A stretch of 64,000 bases of DNA from Hemiscyllium ocellatum (Eukaryota): NCBI RefSeq assembly GCF_020745735.1, contig NC_083417.1, positions 27,652,001 to 27,716,000 on the forward strand. Direction: 5' to 3'. Positions 27,440-40,224 of the stretch are shown in pieces. Each line of letters opens with the position of its first letter. Positions within the stretch are counted from its first letter, which is position 1. The notes beneath the pieces were generated by a model. It searched no databases, was not told the origin of the DNA, and was given only the letters and a program-made list of their open reading frames with translations. The translations under genes were made by a program, and so were the position numbers.

Positions 27440-29500
27440 ATTAAATATTTCAACGCAAATTTAAAAGCAGGATATTGCAGATGTTGGAAATCTGATGTAA
27501 AAACAGAAAATACTAAGCAGGTCAGGCAACAACTCCAGAGAGAGGCAAATCAACATTTCAGGTTGATTACCTTCTATTTATAGTTCTGATGGAATGTTCT
27601 CATCCTTACAGATGAACTCTTTCTCATTCCATTTTGCTGCCTGACCTTTTGAGTATTCCCAGCATTTAATATTAGGACTGATGAAAGGAAAGTGTTCTGT
27701 ATGCCTTCTCAACTACCCTATTAACCTGTTATGCCACCTTCAGAGATGTGTGGACAAGCACAAGATCCCATTGTTCGCCTGAGCTCCTTAGTGTTTTTCT
27801 GGAAGCAAACTGCCAGTCAAAAGTCATAGTTAAACCAGAAACCTCCTTACAGCTTCTGTTCTAAAGAACAGTCATACCTGACTTGAAGTATTAACTCTAT
27901 TTCTCGCTTCACATACGTCATCAGTACCTTCAGCATCTACAAATTTTGCATTTATTACACAGAATAGCTATTCTGCATGATTTCCAAACTAACTGCTCAA
28001 CTGCCAGAGATGGTTAGGGGAAGGGTGCAGTTTGGGTGTTTGATTGAAGTAGTAGAATCAATTCCTTGTCCTCACGCAGAAGGAAATGACCCTCACCAAG
28101 ACCCAAATGTAACACTACTATGATGTCATTACTGAACTGCTGTAAAATGGACACCTTCACTCAGTGCCTCAAAGTTATAGAGACGTACAGAAGGGAAACA
28201 GACCCCTTGGTCCAACTTGTCCATGCTGACCAGATATCCCAACCCACTCTAATCCCACCTGCCAGGACCCACCCCATATCCCTCTAAACCCTTCCTAATA
28301 ATGTCCCCATCCAAATGCCATGGTAAGGTTCACATGATTACAGCAAGCACATTGAGATAGAAATGTATTAGCACCAAACATTAGTGTGAAGACTCCAACA
28401 TCAACTTGCTCCTCACTGCTCATCACTATAGTTGCATTTCTGGTGGTCTGGCCTGTCAGTTGGTAGAAACAAACCCAGGAATGACAAATTGAAGGGTCTG
28501 CCCACTGGCTAGAAAGTATGATTCAGTGTGCAACTCTGCTAGCCTGCTGCTTAAATAGTCTATTAGACAGTTCCCCCAAATTTGCTACAATTGCCTTAAT
28601 ATTAATACAGAGGATTTGGTAAAATCAATTGGATAGGGCGTGCTTTTGTTTCCAGTGGCTAGACATGCTGGATGGTTCTTCTGTAACTTCAGTTTTATTT
28701 TTAATGTTTCCGTATTGCTTCAGTACAGACGAGTGGCTCACGAAACAATTTCAGAAGGCACATGTCAGCCAGTCTGGGTCAGAATACAGATTGGTTTTCC
28801 TAAAGGAAATTGATGAACAAGGAAACAGGGTAGGTAATGGGATTCAAATGACTTACTGATGTAGAGGGTAATTATTGACACAAACAGCTTGTTTTTCATT
28901 TTGTAACTTTCTTTGTCTTTATGTATCAATGCTATTTGGATGTCAGAAATAAAGTTCTAATTTGTCAGTAACAAAATTATTTAAACAGAATAACTTAATA
29001 ATCACAACAATAGATTCAAATAATCTCCATTAAATTACATTCATTCAAAATAAATAGAAAATGCTGGAAATACTCAACAGGTCAGAGAGCATCTGTGGAA
29101 TGAAATATCAAGTTCATATGTAAGGATGACAGCATTCCATCAGAACTGCAAATAAGCATTCATCAATCTGAAATGTTGCCCTAATTAGATTTTATTGCCA
29201 CATGTACTCAAGTATAGGAATACATAAGAACAGTGAAAAGTGTACAAAGGTGCCATTCCCTGACACCATCTAGGTTACAAAATTAGTTTTAAATAAAAAC
29301 AGAAAAAATTATAAAAAGAGCCAAAAGGTAATAAAATCTCCAGATCTTAAACTCTAAGGTCTTATCTCCATAACGGTGCTTGGAATGTTCAGCCACCAAT
29401 GCTAGAGTGTTGCCTGACCTGCCCAGTATTGTCTGCTTTTATTTCAGATTTCCAGCATTTGCAAGATCTTACTTTAAAATCTCAATACATTGGAATATTT
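27440..29500. repeat. inverted pair of Penelope-end-derived elements (27440-27670 and 29055-29500)
   Basis: AGTTCTGATGGAATG..CTCATCCTTACA.ATGAACT (27582-27618) is the reverse complement of 29111-29149. Similarity continues on both sides of an insert at about 29180-29400. Confidence 0.7.
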
Positions 29501-29602
29501 AACATCATTCCTTTTAACCTAATCATCACAAGAATTCTTAAAATTTACTTCAACCAAGTCTTATTTGAAAGTAACAACAAAATCAGGAAGGTAAGATCCT
29601 AC

Positions 29603-29815
29603 CTCGTAATTGAAGTAAAAATAGCCTGCCTTGTCTGCATAATGCCAGAAACATTCCTGCTCACCCCCTGAGATAACGATGGAAAAGTCATATTGATCAG
29701 CACCACGAAAAGTAACAGATTCACCGGAACCACTTATTGACTTGGTATTTTGTGATGTTCCACTTACAAGCAGAACAATACACACGTACATAAATGTAGC
29801 ACCTTGCGCAGACAT
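29603..29815 (-). CDS. TMED6: TMED6 coding exon 1: signal peptide and start of GOLD domain
   Basis: ATG at 29815, MSAQGATFMYVCIVLLVSGTSQNTKSISGSGESVTFRGADQYDFSIVISGGEQECFWHYADKAGYFYFNYE, then gtagg donor. FRGAD.YDF...ECFW is characteristic of TMED6. The joined CDS is 729 nt with no internal stop. Confidence 0.95.
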
Positions 29816-31039
29816 TTTACTGCAGTGATGAATAGAGAATTCCCACAAGCAGAAAACTTACAACTTAAGAAATTATTAACTTTTTATCTCATCTTTGCTG
29901 CATATTAATCCTACTCAATGTCTTTTGCACCTGTAAAATACACATTTTAAACAAACATCATTCAAAAAGATCCTATTGCTGAACTAGAAATTATGCAATC
30001 CATTGAGAAGCATGACATATTTTCATGTTACTCTGAGCTGATTGAAGAAAACATTGTTATCTTTAGCCTCCTCTGGACTTGAAAAGAAGTGTCAATTTTA
30101 TAAATGGTACTCAATGGCTACATTAACGATGACACATAAAAAGCAAAGCCTTCTGAACATATTATAAGCAGACTGCACATTGCAATGATATTTAATTTGT
30201 ACTTGAATCTAGAGTAGAGCTGGTGTCAGTATATTTTTGGGGGGTGGTTGGGGAGGTCTTGCTTAACAATATAATCTTATGGACCTTGTTATGGCCACGA
30301 CACATGCCTGTAATTTTTCTTGGAATGTGGACACATTATCGGAGGGTAAAAAAACAGAATACGGAAACTATCTTCATAAATCAGAAAGTCAGACAGCTTA
30401 TTTTATGATGTCCTTGCAGTCAATGCTAGACATGTCTCACACATTCCTGAGAAGTTATTTAAAATCAAATAGCCTTGCCAGCTGCTAATTGGTCACCTCT
30501 CACCCTATTAACAGAAGAGTCATAACAGCTCCAAAACTTGCCAGCCTCATGACGTGACTTCAAATAAAGTCATTTAGGAGGATTGTTATAGTTTGATGGA
30601 ATATCAAATGTTCCCCCAACTACATATCAATTAAATTAGCTTCAACTCATTGCGGGGACAATAAAATACCTGATACTGTCATCAGGTAACTGAAAGGGCT
30701 TTTGGTTCATAGGTTTGGCTTCACTGTAGTTTTCTAGAAAAATGTGTATGACATATCTGAAAAGTGAACAATCTTGCCCTCTGCTGGACTGCATTTGTTC
30801 AGCATTGTACATATGGAAAGGTACAACTGACCCCAGTGACCAATTAAGATTCCCACCATAGAGTTCTCAAATTAATCTTGGTCGTGAAGTTCCATTTGAT
30901 TTTGTTTGAAGTAAGGCCATTCCAACATTTTGGAGTTTCACACAAGCAGTTTAATTACTTGAATGATATGACAGGCCTATGAACTCTACACAAATGAATA
31001 TTTTCAAGGGGGATGGAAAGAAAATGAGTGCAGAAAAGC

Positions 31040-32720
31040 CAATGAAAAAGGGGAAAAGAGGAAACAAAGAGGGGGGGAAGAGAGGGGGGGGAAGAAAGAG
31101 AGAGGGGGGAAGAAAGAGAGAGGGGGAGGAAAGAGAGAGGGGGGAGGAAAGAAAGAGAGAGAGGGGAGGAAAGAGAGAGGGGGGAAGAAAGAGAGAGGGG
31201 GAGGAAAGAAAGAGAGAGGGGGGAGGAAAGAGAGAGGGGGGAAGAAAGAGAGAGAGGGGAAGAAAGAGAGAGAGGGGAAGAAAGAGAGAGAGGGGAAGAA
31301 AGAGAGAGGGGGGAAGAAAGAGAGAGAGGGGAAGAAAGAGAGAGAGGGGAAGAAAGAGAGAGGGGGAGGAAAGAGAGAGGGGGGAGGAAAGAAAGAGAGA
31401 GGGGGGAGGAAAGAGAGAGGGGGGAGGAAAGCGAGAGGGGGGAGGAAAGAGAGAGGGGGGAGGAAAGAGAGAGGGGGGAGGAAAGAGGGGGGGGAAGAGA
31501 GGGGGGGAAGAGGGGGGGGGGAGAGAGGGGAAGAGAGGGGGGAAAGAGAGGGGGGAAAGAGGGGGAAGGGGCGGAAAGAGAGAGGGGGAGAGGGGGGAAG
31601 AGAGAGAGGGGGAAAGAGAGAGAGAGGGGGAAAAGAGAGGGGGGAAAGAGAGGGGGGGAAAGAGAGGGGGGAAGAGAGGGGGGGAAAGAGAGGGGGGGAA
31701 AGAGAGGGGGGAAAGAGAGGGGGGGAAAGAGAGGGGGGGAAAGAGAGGGGGGAAAGAGAGGGGGAAAGAGAGGGGGGGGAAAGAGAGGGGGGGAAGAGAG
31801 GGGGGAGGGGGGTGAAGAGAGGGGGAGGGAGAGGGGGGAAAGAGAGGGGGGAAAGAGGGGGAAAGAGAGGAGGAAAGAGAGGGGGAAAGAGAGGGGGAAA
31901 GAGAGAGGGGGAAGGGGGCGGAAAGAGAGAGGGGGAGAGGGGGGAAGAGAGAGAGGGGGGAAGAGAGAGAGGGGAAGAGAGGGGGGAAGAGAGGGGGGAA
32001 GAGAGGGGGGGAAGTGAGGGGGGGAAAGAGAGGGGGGGGAAAGAGAGAGGGGGGAAGAGAGAGGGGGGAAGAGAGAGGGGGGAAGAGAGAGGGGGGAAGA
32101 GAGAGGGGGGAAGAGAGAGGGGGGAAGAGAGAGGGGGGAAGAGAGCGGGGACAGAGAGAGAAGGGACAGAGAGAGGGGGGAAGAGAGAGAGGGGGAAGAG
32201 AGAGGGGGGAAGAGAGAGAGAGGAGCAAGAGAGAGGGGGGAAGAGAGAGGGGGGAAGAGAGAGGGGGGAAAGAGAGAGGGGGGAAAGAGAGAGGGGGGAG
32301 AGAGGGGGGAAAGAGAGAGGGGGAAGGGGGAAAGAGAGAGGGGGAAGAGAGAGGGGGAAAGAGAGAGGGGGGAAGGGGGGAGAAGAGAGAGGGGGTAAAG
32401 AGAGAGGGGGTAAAGAGAGAGGGGGGGAAGAGAGAGGGGGGAAGAGAGAGGGGGGAAGAGAGAGGGGGGTAAGAGAGAGGGGGGAAGAGAGAGGGAGGGG
32501 AAGAGAGAGGGGGGAATAATTGTGGGAGAGCGGGGGAAGAGAGGAGAAAGAGGACTGGGGAGAAAGGAGAGTGGAAACCAACCAGTGGAAAAAGAATGGA
32601 GAAAAATCATAAAAGGCAAGGGAAATGGGAAGAAGAAAGGATGGATAAGGGATCAGATTGGAAAGGAAGGAAGGAGGGAGTGTGTGGGTAGAAGAGAAGG
32701 TGTGAAGATGACAAAGTGCA
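31040..32720 (+). repeat. polypurine low-complexity tract (GGGGGGAAGAGAGA / GGAAAGAGAGAGGGG variants)
   Basis: Almost only G and A from 31068 to 32515, with many runs of 4-9 G. Confidence 0.97.
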
Positions 32721-33299
32721 GAAAGTTAAAAATCACAACACCAGGTTATAGTCTAACAGGTTTATTTGCAAGTACTGTACAAGCTTTCAGAGTGCTGCTC
32801 CTTGATCAGGTAGCCAGTGGAAGAGAATCATAGGACACATAATTTATAGCAAAAGATCAAAGTGTCATACAACTGACGCAATGTATTGAACAAAACCAGA
32901 TTGCTGTTAAATCTTAGCAGTCCAAAAGTTCCAGGACTATAACCTTGGTTCACCTTAATCCAACACTGGCACCTCCTCGTTAAAGTGTAGAAAGAGGAAA
33001 GAAAAGGAGTTAGAATAGTTCAGTGGTTGTTTTTGACTGGTGCAGACTCAATGTGCCAAAGAACTTCTATGACTCCAAGATGAAGTGGTGATCAGGAAAT
33101 TTGGTTCCATGGAGGTGATAAGGGTTTTGAAGAATGAAGTAGACAAGCACAAATCAATTTGAGGGATTGCACCTAATTTTCCTTTTCACGTTAGTGCTCA
33201 ATAGGCACATTGTAGTTTACTTCCAGAAAATCTAATGGAAAGGGTGTGGAATCTACAATTCGGTTATTTTTAGAAGTGGGGGATTGGAACTAATGATAG

Positions 33300-34671
33300 G
33301 CCTATTAGTAAATAGGGGTTTCGGCAAGGCCACAGTTGACAATGAGGATTGAGAAAATGGAATGAGAGTAAGAAAAAAAATGATTACAAGACATTTCTGT
33401 TTTAGATATTCAGAATGTATGAGGTGCTTTGAACTACTGGAAAAATGAACCTGGAGAAGTAGTAATGGGAAACAAAGAAATGGCAGAGGAACTTCGCAAG
33501 GGGAGGTCATGCCTGACAAATCTGTTAAAATTCTTTGAAGAAATGAGCAAGTTGGACAAAAACAACCAGTGGATGTGGTCTATTTGAATTTCCAAAAGGT
33601 CTTTGACAAACTGCTGAACAAGAGGATGCTAAATAAGATAAGAGCCCTTGGCGTTAGGTGCAAGGCACTTGCATGGATAGAGGATTAGCTGACTGGCAGA
33701 AGGCAGAGTGTGGGGATAAACAGTTCTTTTTCAGGGTGGCAGCTGATGACGAGTAGAGTTCCACAGGGATCGGTGTTGGGACCACAATTTTTCATGCTAC
33801 ACATTCATGATCTAGATGAAGGAACTGAGGGCATTGTTGCTAAGTTTGCTGATGACACAAAGATAGGTGGCGGGACAGGCAGTGTTGAGGAAGGAGGGAA
33901 TCTACAGAAGGACCAGGACATGAGAGGCATTAGCAAACAAGCAGATGGATCACAATGTGGCAAAATGTGAATTAGGAAAAAAAAAAGAGGTGCAGACTAT
34001 TTTCTAAACCGGGAAAGGCTTTGGAAGTCTGAAGCACAAAGGGATTTGGGAGTCCTTGTTCAGAATTCTTAGGGTTAATATGCAGGTTCAGTTGCTGTTA
34101 GGAAGGCAAATGCACTGTTAACAGTCATTTCAAAAGGACTAGGTAACAAGAGCAGAGATGTACTGATAAGGCTGTATAGGGCTTTGGCCAGACCATATTG
34201 GGAATATTGAGTGTAATTTGGGTCCTGTATGTAAGGGAAGATGTGCTGCGGTTTGAGGAGATCCAGAGGAGGTTTACAAGAATGATCGCAAGATGAAGGG
34301 CTTGTCATATGATGTGCAGTTGAGGACTCCAGGTCTGTACTCGATGGAATTTAAAAGGATGAGGGTTGATCTGATTGAAACTTACAGGATTACCAAGAAG
34401 CCTTGATAGTATGGATGAAGAGGAAATGTTACCACTCGTGGAGGCACATCCTCAGAAAGGGCCAACCCTTTCAAACTGAGATGAGGCAGAATATCTTCGG
34501 CCAGAAGATGGTGACGATGGAACTCATGGCTGCAGAAGCCAAGTCACTGAAAGTATTTAACAGATAGATAGGATATTGATTAGTAACAGGATCAAGTGTT
34601 ATAAGGAGAAGGCAGGGGAAAGGGGCTGATAAACATCAGTCTTGATCAATGGTGCAGCAAACTTGATGGGC
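33300..34671 (+). mobile_element. decayed CR1-like LINE, 3' half
   Basis: [31 protein letters not shown] and FQTEMRQNIF remnants. Confidence 0.88.
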
Positions 34672-35024
34672 TGTTATGGAGTAGGCCAGACGACTCAACA
34701 CATTCTTAAACAGGCAGCCCCAGACCAGGGCTTGCAATTTGTTTGAATATGTGTACAGTGAACATTATCTGGAGATAGATTAGATAGAGTTGACCACTCC
34801 CCTTTCTTTATACAGGTCACTTCTAAAACATAACCACTTTGGCCTGAAGTCTCATCTGCTTACATAGAAACAAAAGGCCTCTCAAAATCCTTTTCATCTC
34901 TTGTACCAAACCAGACTGATTGGAGCCCAGCCCAGTTTATTGCCCCCCTGAAAAAAATCAAGGACAAGGTCTCCTTGAGTCAAGGAACAGCTTTTAGAAA
35001 AAACAAGGGAATAGCTTTGTGACA
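34672..35024. mobile_element. solo-LTR-like insertion in the CR1 tail
   Basis: TGTTATG...TGTGACA termini; the CR1 tail sequence resumes after 35024. Confidence 0.5.
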
Positions 35025-35884
35025 GCTGACTGGATTAATATTGCTTCTGTACTCATGGTCTTATGAAACATAGCACTTGAAATTAGCATGCAACATCCAT
35101 TGCTTTCAATCTCTCAAAATGTTACATTCATAATGTGTAAGAATTCTCTATTTGAGCGCTCTAGGATGGGGATGTTCTCAATTTGTCACTGCAGTCAACT
35201 GTACCTTTCAATGTATATAACACTGAATAAACTTGATCCAGTAGAGGGCAAGATTTCTTTGTTTTCAGATCCATCATAAATCTTTTGTTGAAAACAAACA
35301 AAAAGCCCAATTTATAAACTAAAACAAGTCTGAAAGTTTTTTTGTCATAATTTTATATTATTCACACTGCATAGCTTAATTTTATTAAGAGATTTGATTT
35401 AATGAGGATAAATTGTCATCACCATAAATTCATGTTTGGTTCTCTAATATATTAGTCACATATGCTCTATCATAAATTTCAGTCTTTTTTTACAAAGACA
35501 AAAATTGAAGAAAACATTCACTAGCATCACAGTTTGATAATATTGTAGCATCATGGTGATTAAGCTAATGATGTGAAGACATGAGTTCAAATGTGAATAT
35601 TGTTGAAGAATTTAAATGTGATTAATTAAATAACCAAATTTAAATATTAAATTTTATTGCCTGTAATTGGAACCATAAAACTCATCAAGCTCACTAATAC
35701 CCTTGTGGGTAGAGTTCACAATCAGGTCGACAGAACCTTAGGGTACAGAGTGAAAAATATCAGTTTGTAATTTAAAAATAAATTCATTCCTAGGATGTAG
35801 ACTGCGCTGACTGGGCCAGCATTTATTGTCCTTATGATGATGATAGTGAGCTGTCTTTTTGAACTCCTGCAATCCGTTTAGGAA

Positions 35885-36460
35885 TGTTAGAACAAGAATG
35901 GGCATTTCAGCCACTCAAGCTTGTTCTACCACTCAATGAGATCATGGCTAAACTGTGGCCTAACTCTACAAACCTGCCTTGGGTTCATATTTCTTAATAT
36001 TTTTGCTTAACAAAAGTCTCAGACTTAAAATTAATAATTTGTCCATCAACACCGATTTAAAAGAGTTCAAAACATATACAACCCTTTGTTGACGTGTTTC
36101 CTGACATCTCCGTAAGTCTAGTAATGCTGACCAGGTGAAATATTTTCTCTTTAGCTACCCTGTCTTGTTAATATCTTGAACACATTAATCAGACCACCCC
36201 TTAAACTTCAAAATCCTAGAGAAAACAGGCCTAAATTTACATAACCGCTTCTCATAACTTAACACCTTAAGTGCAGGTATCATTCTTGTAAATTATGTTG
36301 TGCTCCGTCATAGGCCAATATATCCTTAAGGTGCATAGTCCATATATGCTCCCAGTACTCCAAGTGGGATCCAATCAGGGTTTTGTATAACTGAAGCAAT
36401 ACATCCGCATCTGTACCCCAGTCCTCTAGATATAAAGGTCAGCATTGCTTTAGTTTTCTT
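35885..36460 (-). mobile_element. old CR1-like LINE 3' fragment
   Basis: Minus-strand LQLYKTLIGSHLEYW remnant and a CR1-type tail. Confidence 0.7.
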
Positions 36461-37049
36461 TCTCAAATATTTTCTTGCTGTAGGGAAACCCAAATTGACA
36501 TTAGAAAAGGAGTTTGACCCAGCTACACTGAAGAAGTGACAATATACTTCTAATTTAGACTGGTGAGCAACTTAGACAGAAACTTGCAATGTTGGTGTTC
36601 CCATGACCTGTCCTTTTAGGTTCATGGTCTTGGAAGATGCTGCCTCAGAAGCCTTGGAGAATTTCTGCAGGGCACGTTGTAGACTGTACAGCTACTATGG
36701 ATAGTCAACGGTGAAGGGAATGAACATTATGGATGTGTGCCAATCAAGCAGGTGATTATGTCCTCGATGATGCCCAGCTTGAAGAATGTTGTTGGAGCTG
36801 AGTTCAAGTCAAGTGGGGACTTCATCACACTCCTGACTCATGCCTTAAGAGATATTAGATAGTCTTGAGGGAGTCAGGAGGTGAGTTATTCACTTCCTAG
36901 CCTCTGACCTGCTGTTGGAGCCACACAACTATTATATGGCTATTCCAGCTCAGTTTATGGTCAATGTAAGCCCCAAGGACATAGATAGTGGGAGATTCAT
37001 TGATAGAAATACCACTGAATGTCAAGGGACAATGCTTAGCTTATTTGAT

Positions 37050-37975
37050 TCTAGATTAGAATGGTGCTGGAAATCCCATCCTGGCACCTTCCCCTGCCAC
37101 CGCAGGAATTGCAAAATCTGCGCCCACACCTCCTCCCTCACCTCCATCCAAGGCCCCAAAGGAGCCTTCCATATCCATCAAGGTTTTATCTGCACATCCA
37201 CCAATATCATTTATTGTATCCGTTGCTTCCAATGCAGTCTCCTCTACATTGGGGAGACTGGGCGTCTCCACGCAGAGCACTGTAGGGACCAGCTCTGGGA
37301 CACCCGCACCAATCAACCCTGTGGCCCAACATTTCAACTCCCCCTCAACAGAGGACATGGAGTCCTGGGCCTCCTTCACTGCCACTCCCTCACTACCCAA
37401 TGCCTGGAGGAAGAATGCCTCATCTTCGGCCTCAGAACACTTCAACCCCAGGGCATCAATGTGGACTTCACCAGTTTACTCATTTCGCCTTCCCCACCTC
37501 ACCCCAGTTCCAAACTTCCAGTTCAGCATTGTCCCCATGACTTGTCCTACCTGCCTATCTTCCTTTCCACCTATCCACTCCACCTTCCCTCTGACCTATC
37601 ACCTTCACCCCCCACCCCCACTCACCCATTGTACTCTTTGCTACCTTCCCTCACCCTCCTCCCTGACCTATCAATCACCTCCATCCCCACCCCCATTCAC
37701 CTATTGTACTCTATGCTACTTTCTCCCCACCCCCACCCTCCTCTTATTTATCTCTCCACCCTGCAGGCACTCTGCCTCTATTCCTGATGAAGGGCTTTTG
37801 CCCGAAACGTCAATTTTCCTGTTCCTCAGATGCTGCCTGAACTGCTGTGCTTTTCCAGCATCACTCTAATCGAGAATCAAATAATCTAAGCATTGTCCCT
37901 TGACATTCAGTGGTATTTCCATCAATGAATCTCCCACTATCAATGTCCAGCATCTGCAGTCATTTTTTTTTAACC
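37050..37975 (+). mobile_element. 5'-truncated Penelope-like retroelement: GIY-YIG endonuclease remnant and pseudo-LTR
   Basis: GTFPCHRRNCKIC...CTSTNIIYCIRCFQCSLLYIGETGR...TLQPQGINVDF. The 3' region contains CTGATGAAGGGCTTTTGCCCGAAACGTC. Confidence 0.9.
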
Positions 37976-38362
37976 TTCGATTATTTGAATAAGGCTAGAC
38001 TAAGAGAGTTAGTGAATAAGTTGAAGGTAGAGCTAAGGCAGGTTCCTGTAATGATTACCCCACCAAAAAGAATTAAATAGTAGGGAATCATAAATTGGAA
38101 AGTCACCATTAGAATTAGGTAAGATATCAAATTTCATCAGATTTTCTATGTGCGCTATACAATGTATACACTTGAACCTACAGTTGATATAGATCTAGGA
38201 ACAAACTCCAGGAAACCATGATAACAATTTTCATTGGAGGTGAGGTCTTTGCAAAAAGATTACAGGGTAGAAAAATACTATATTTCATTCAAATATTAAC
38301 ACTTATACCAACTTGAGCTAAAACAAAATAAAGGCATACATCAACAATGTGAAATTATATAA

Positions 38363-38368
38363 TTTATT
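38363..38368 (-). promoter_or_regulatory. candidate polyadenylation signal (AATAAA) of TERF2, implying a 3' UTR of about 1.7 kb
   Basis: tttatt on the plus strand at the end of a long repeat-poor AT-rich stretch after the stop codon, followed on the minus strand by GT/T-rich sequence. Another candidate lies near 39671. Confidence 0.35.
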
Positions 38369-40065
38369 TTCAATGGTTCTCCAATCATGACCTCGATATA
38401 AACATTTCAAAAACCAAAAAAAATTGAAAAGGTAGTTTAATATTTGTAAACAAAGTTACCTGTAAAAGACAATGGTGTGAAAACATTTTTTTGGGTGCAA
38501 CATGCCTAAATCATTTCACTGGGTTAAAATGGTGAAAATTGTGCATCTTAGATCAGTTGAGCAATCATTGAACGCAAAATGACTTGCAATTCATTTGTTA
38601 AAAATATTGTGATATTTTGATTTTAAAAAATCAAAAGATTTCCACATTTCCACTGGCAACACCACAAAGATTAGAAGCAATCTTTCAGATAAAGGTATAC
38701 AGATACCGTCCAAGTGTCCTATACATGTTTTAATTAAAAATGTGAAAACGTTTTTGTTCAAAGCAGTGCTAAATTATAGAAATTTAGAAGTACTCTTATC
38801 TGCATTGCTTTCATTGTACAAAAGATAATTTTGTTAGTTTCATAAAAAAGTAAGCTGGAAATAACTAAGGCAGCTAACTGCTATTTGTACATTTTATAAT
38901 TACGGGTAGTAACTCCTGCAGAGTACTGGCATGATTAAAACTATCTGCAATGAATGCTAAAAAATGAGAAAGTACTGTTTGTATCAAAACTATTTTCAAA
39001 AACAAATGCACGGTTTAAAAATTGTTGCCACTTTACTCTTGCACCAGATAAGTTCTAAATGAGAATAAACATGGTCACCATTTATGATTTTTATGGAAAG
39101 ACGAACAGAATGATTGATAAAATTATTATAAAACTTGAACATGCAAAAATATGAATTTTACTTAATTATTCAGTTTTGCCAATCACCACCATAGCTTTTT
39201 TTGGAGGTTTCCTGGTAGCTGGTAATGAAATTATATTCACTTGCTGTCTCCCAATCAAGTACCTCAAGGAACATTTTCGGGGTCTAATATTAATAATAGA
39301 AATTTGTTACCAATGTATCTGCCATTATTGTGAGAGGAAGACAGATTTGCATAAATGCTACAATGATTCATTGCAAAGTAAATATGATTAATAAAACTTA
39401 ATTTCTCACCAGCAGAGTCAACCATCATGATTTAGTAAACCCCTCACTCCATAACTAATGCCAGGATTGTTTACAGATCAACTAACCATCATAAAACTTT
39501 CAATGTTCCAAGTCGGATGAATTTTTTAAAATGCAAATTTACATAAATCTGGTGCTAAGGTTGTACAGCTGGATTTTCACTTATTCTGGAGATCAAGTTG
39601 TTGATATTTATCCATAGAAGATGACTAATGTCCAAAGATTACAGGGAAGTTGGTGGATGATTTTGCACTTTTTATTGTCTTATGATTATTTGTTAATGTC
39701 AGAGTATTGTGTACAATTGCATTTGAAATATTAAGAGCCAAATACAATACACAATATTAAAGCAAACAAAGAACAAAGACTAAACATTTCACTGGAAAGA
39801 ATAAAAATTTGCTTAATTCTTCAATCACCTTAGTTGTACTGAACAATGTCACTTACGAAACACAAAGATAAAAACTTCCAGAGACCACAATTCCTGAATG
39901 CAAGGAAGGTACCTGAGGGCACTAATTCCAACAGAAAAAGGCATGGCTTTCCACACAATCTAACATTAGGTAGATATTCAATATTCTTTGACAGTAAAGA
40001 CCAATGTGTTTTACATATCACACAAGGCAATTAGGGCAACTGTTTAAAAAGTTCAATAACGCCTT

Positions 40066-40224
40066 TTAAGTCATTCCAAGCTTTTGCATTGTTCGCCATC
40101 GATCTTTAATCATGATACCTGTGCGATCACAAAATGGGTAATGTTTCAGGATCTTCTGCCAATTTCCTAATCCAAACTTTTTTACACCCAGTTTAATCCA
40201 TTCACTTTCTTCAACTGTCCATTT
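40066..40224 (-). CDS. TERF2: TERF2 (telomeric repeat-binding factor 2) last exon: Myb/telobox DNA-binding domain
   Basis: ttttag acceptor, then [52 protein letters not shown]-stop. KWTVEESEW and MIKDRWRTM match the TRF2-type Myb domain. Not in the ORF track. Confidence 0.96.
   Translation of the reverse strand, partial: KWTVEESEWIKLGVKKFGLGNWQKILKHYPFCDRTGIMIKDRWRTMQKLGMT

Noticed and set aside
30951-32833. Long ORFs (up to 554 aa) rich in Pro/Leu/Ser/Phe or Gly/Arg/Glu/Lys
   Set aside because: They are a by-product of a GA-only tract that lacks stop codons on both strands. No splice or homology support.
36915-37869. 290 aa and 206 aa ORFs
   Set aside because: Chimeric read-through of flank plus a frameshifted Penelope remnant, not a host gene.
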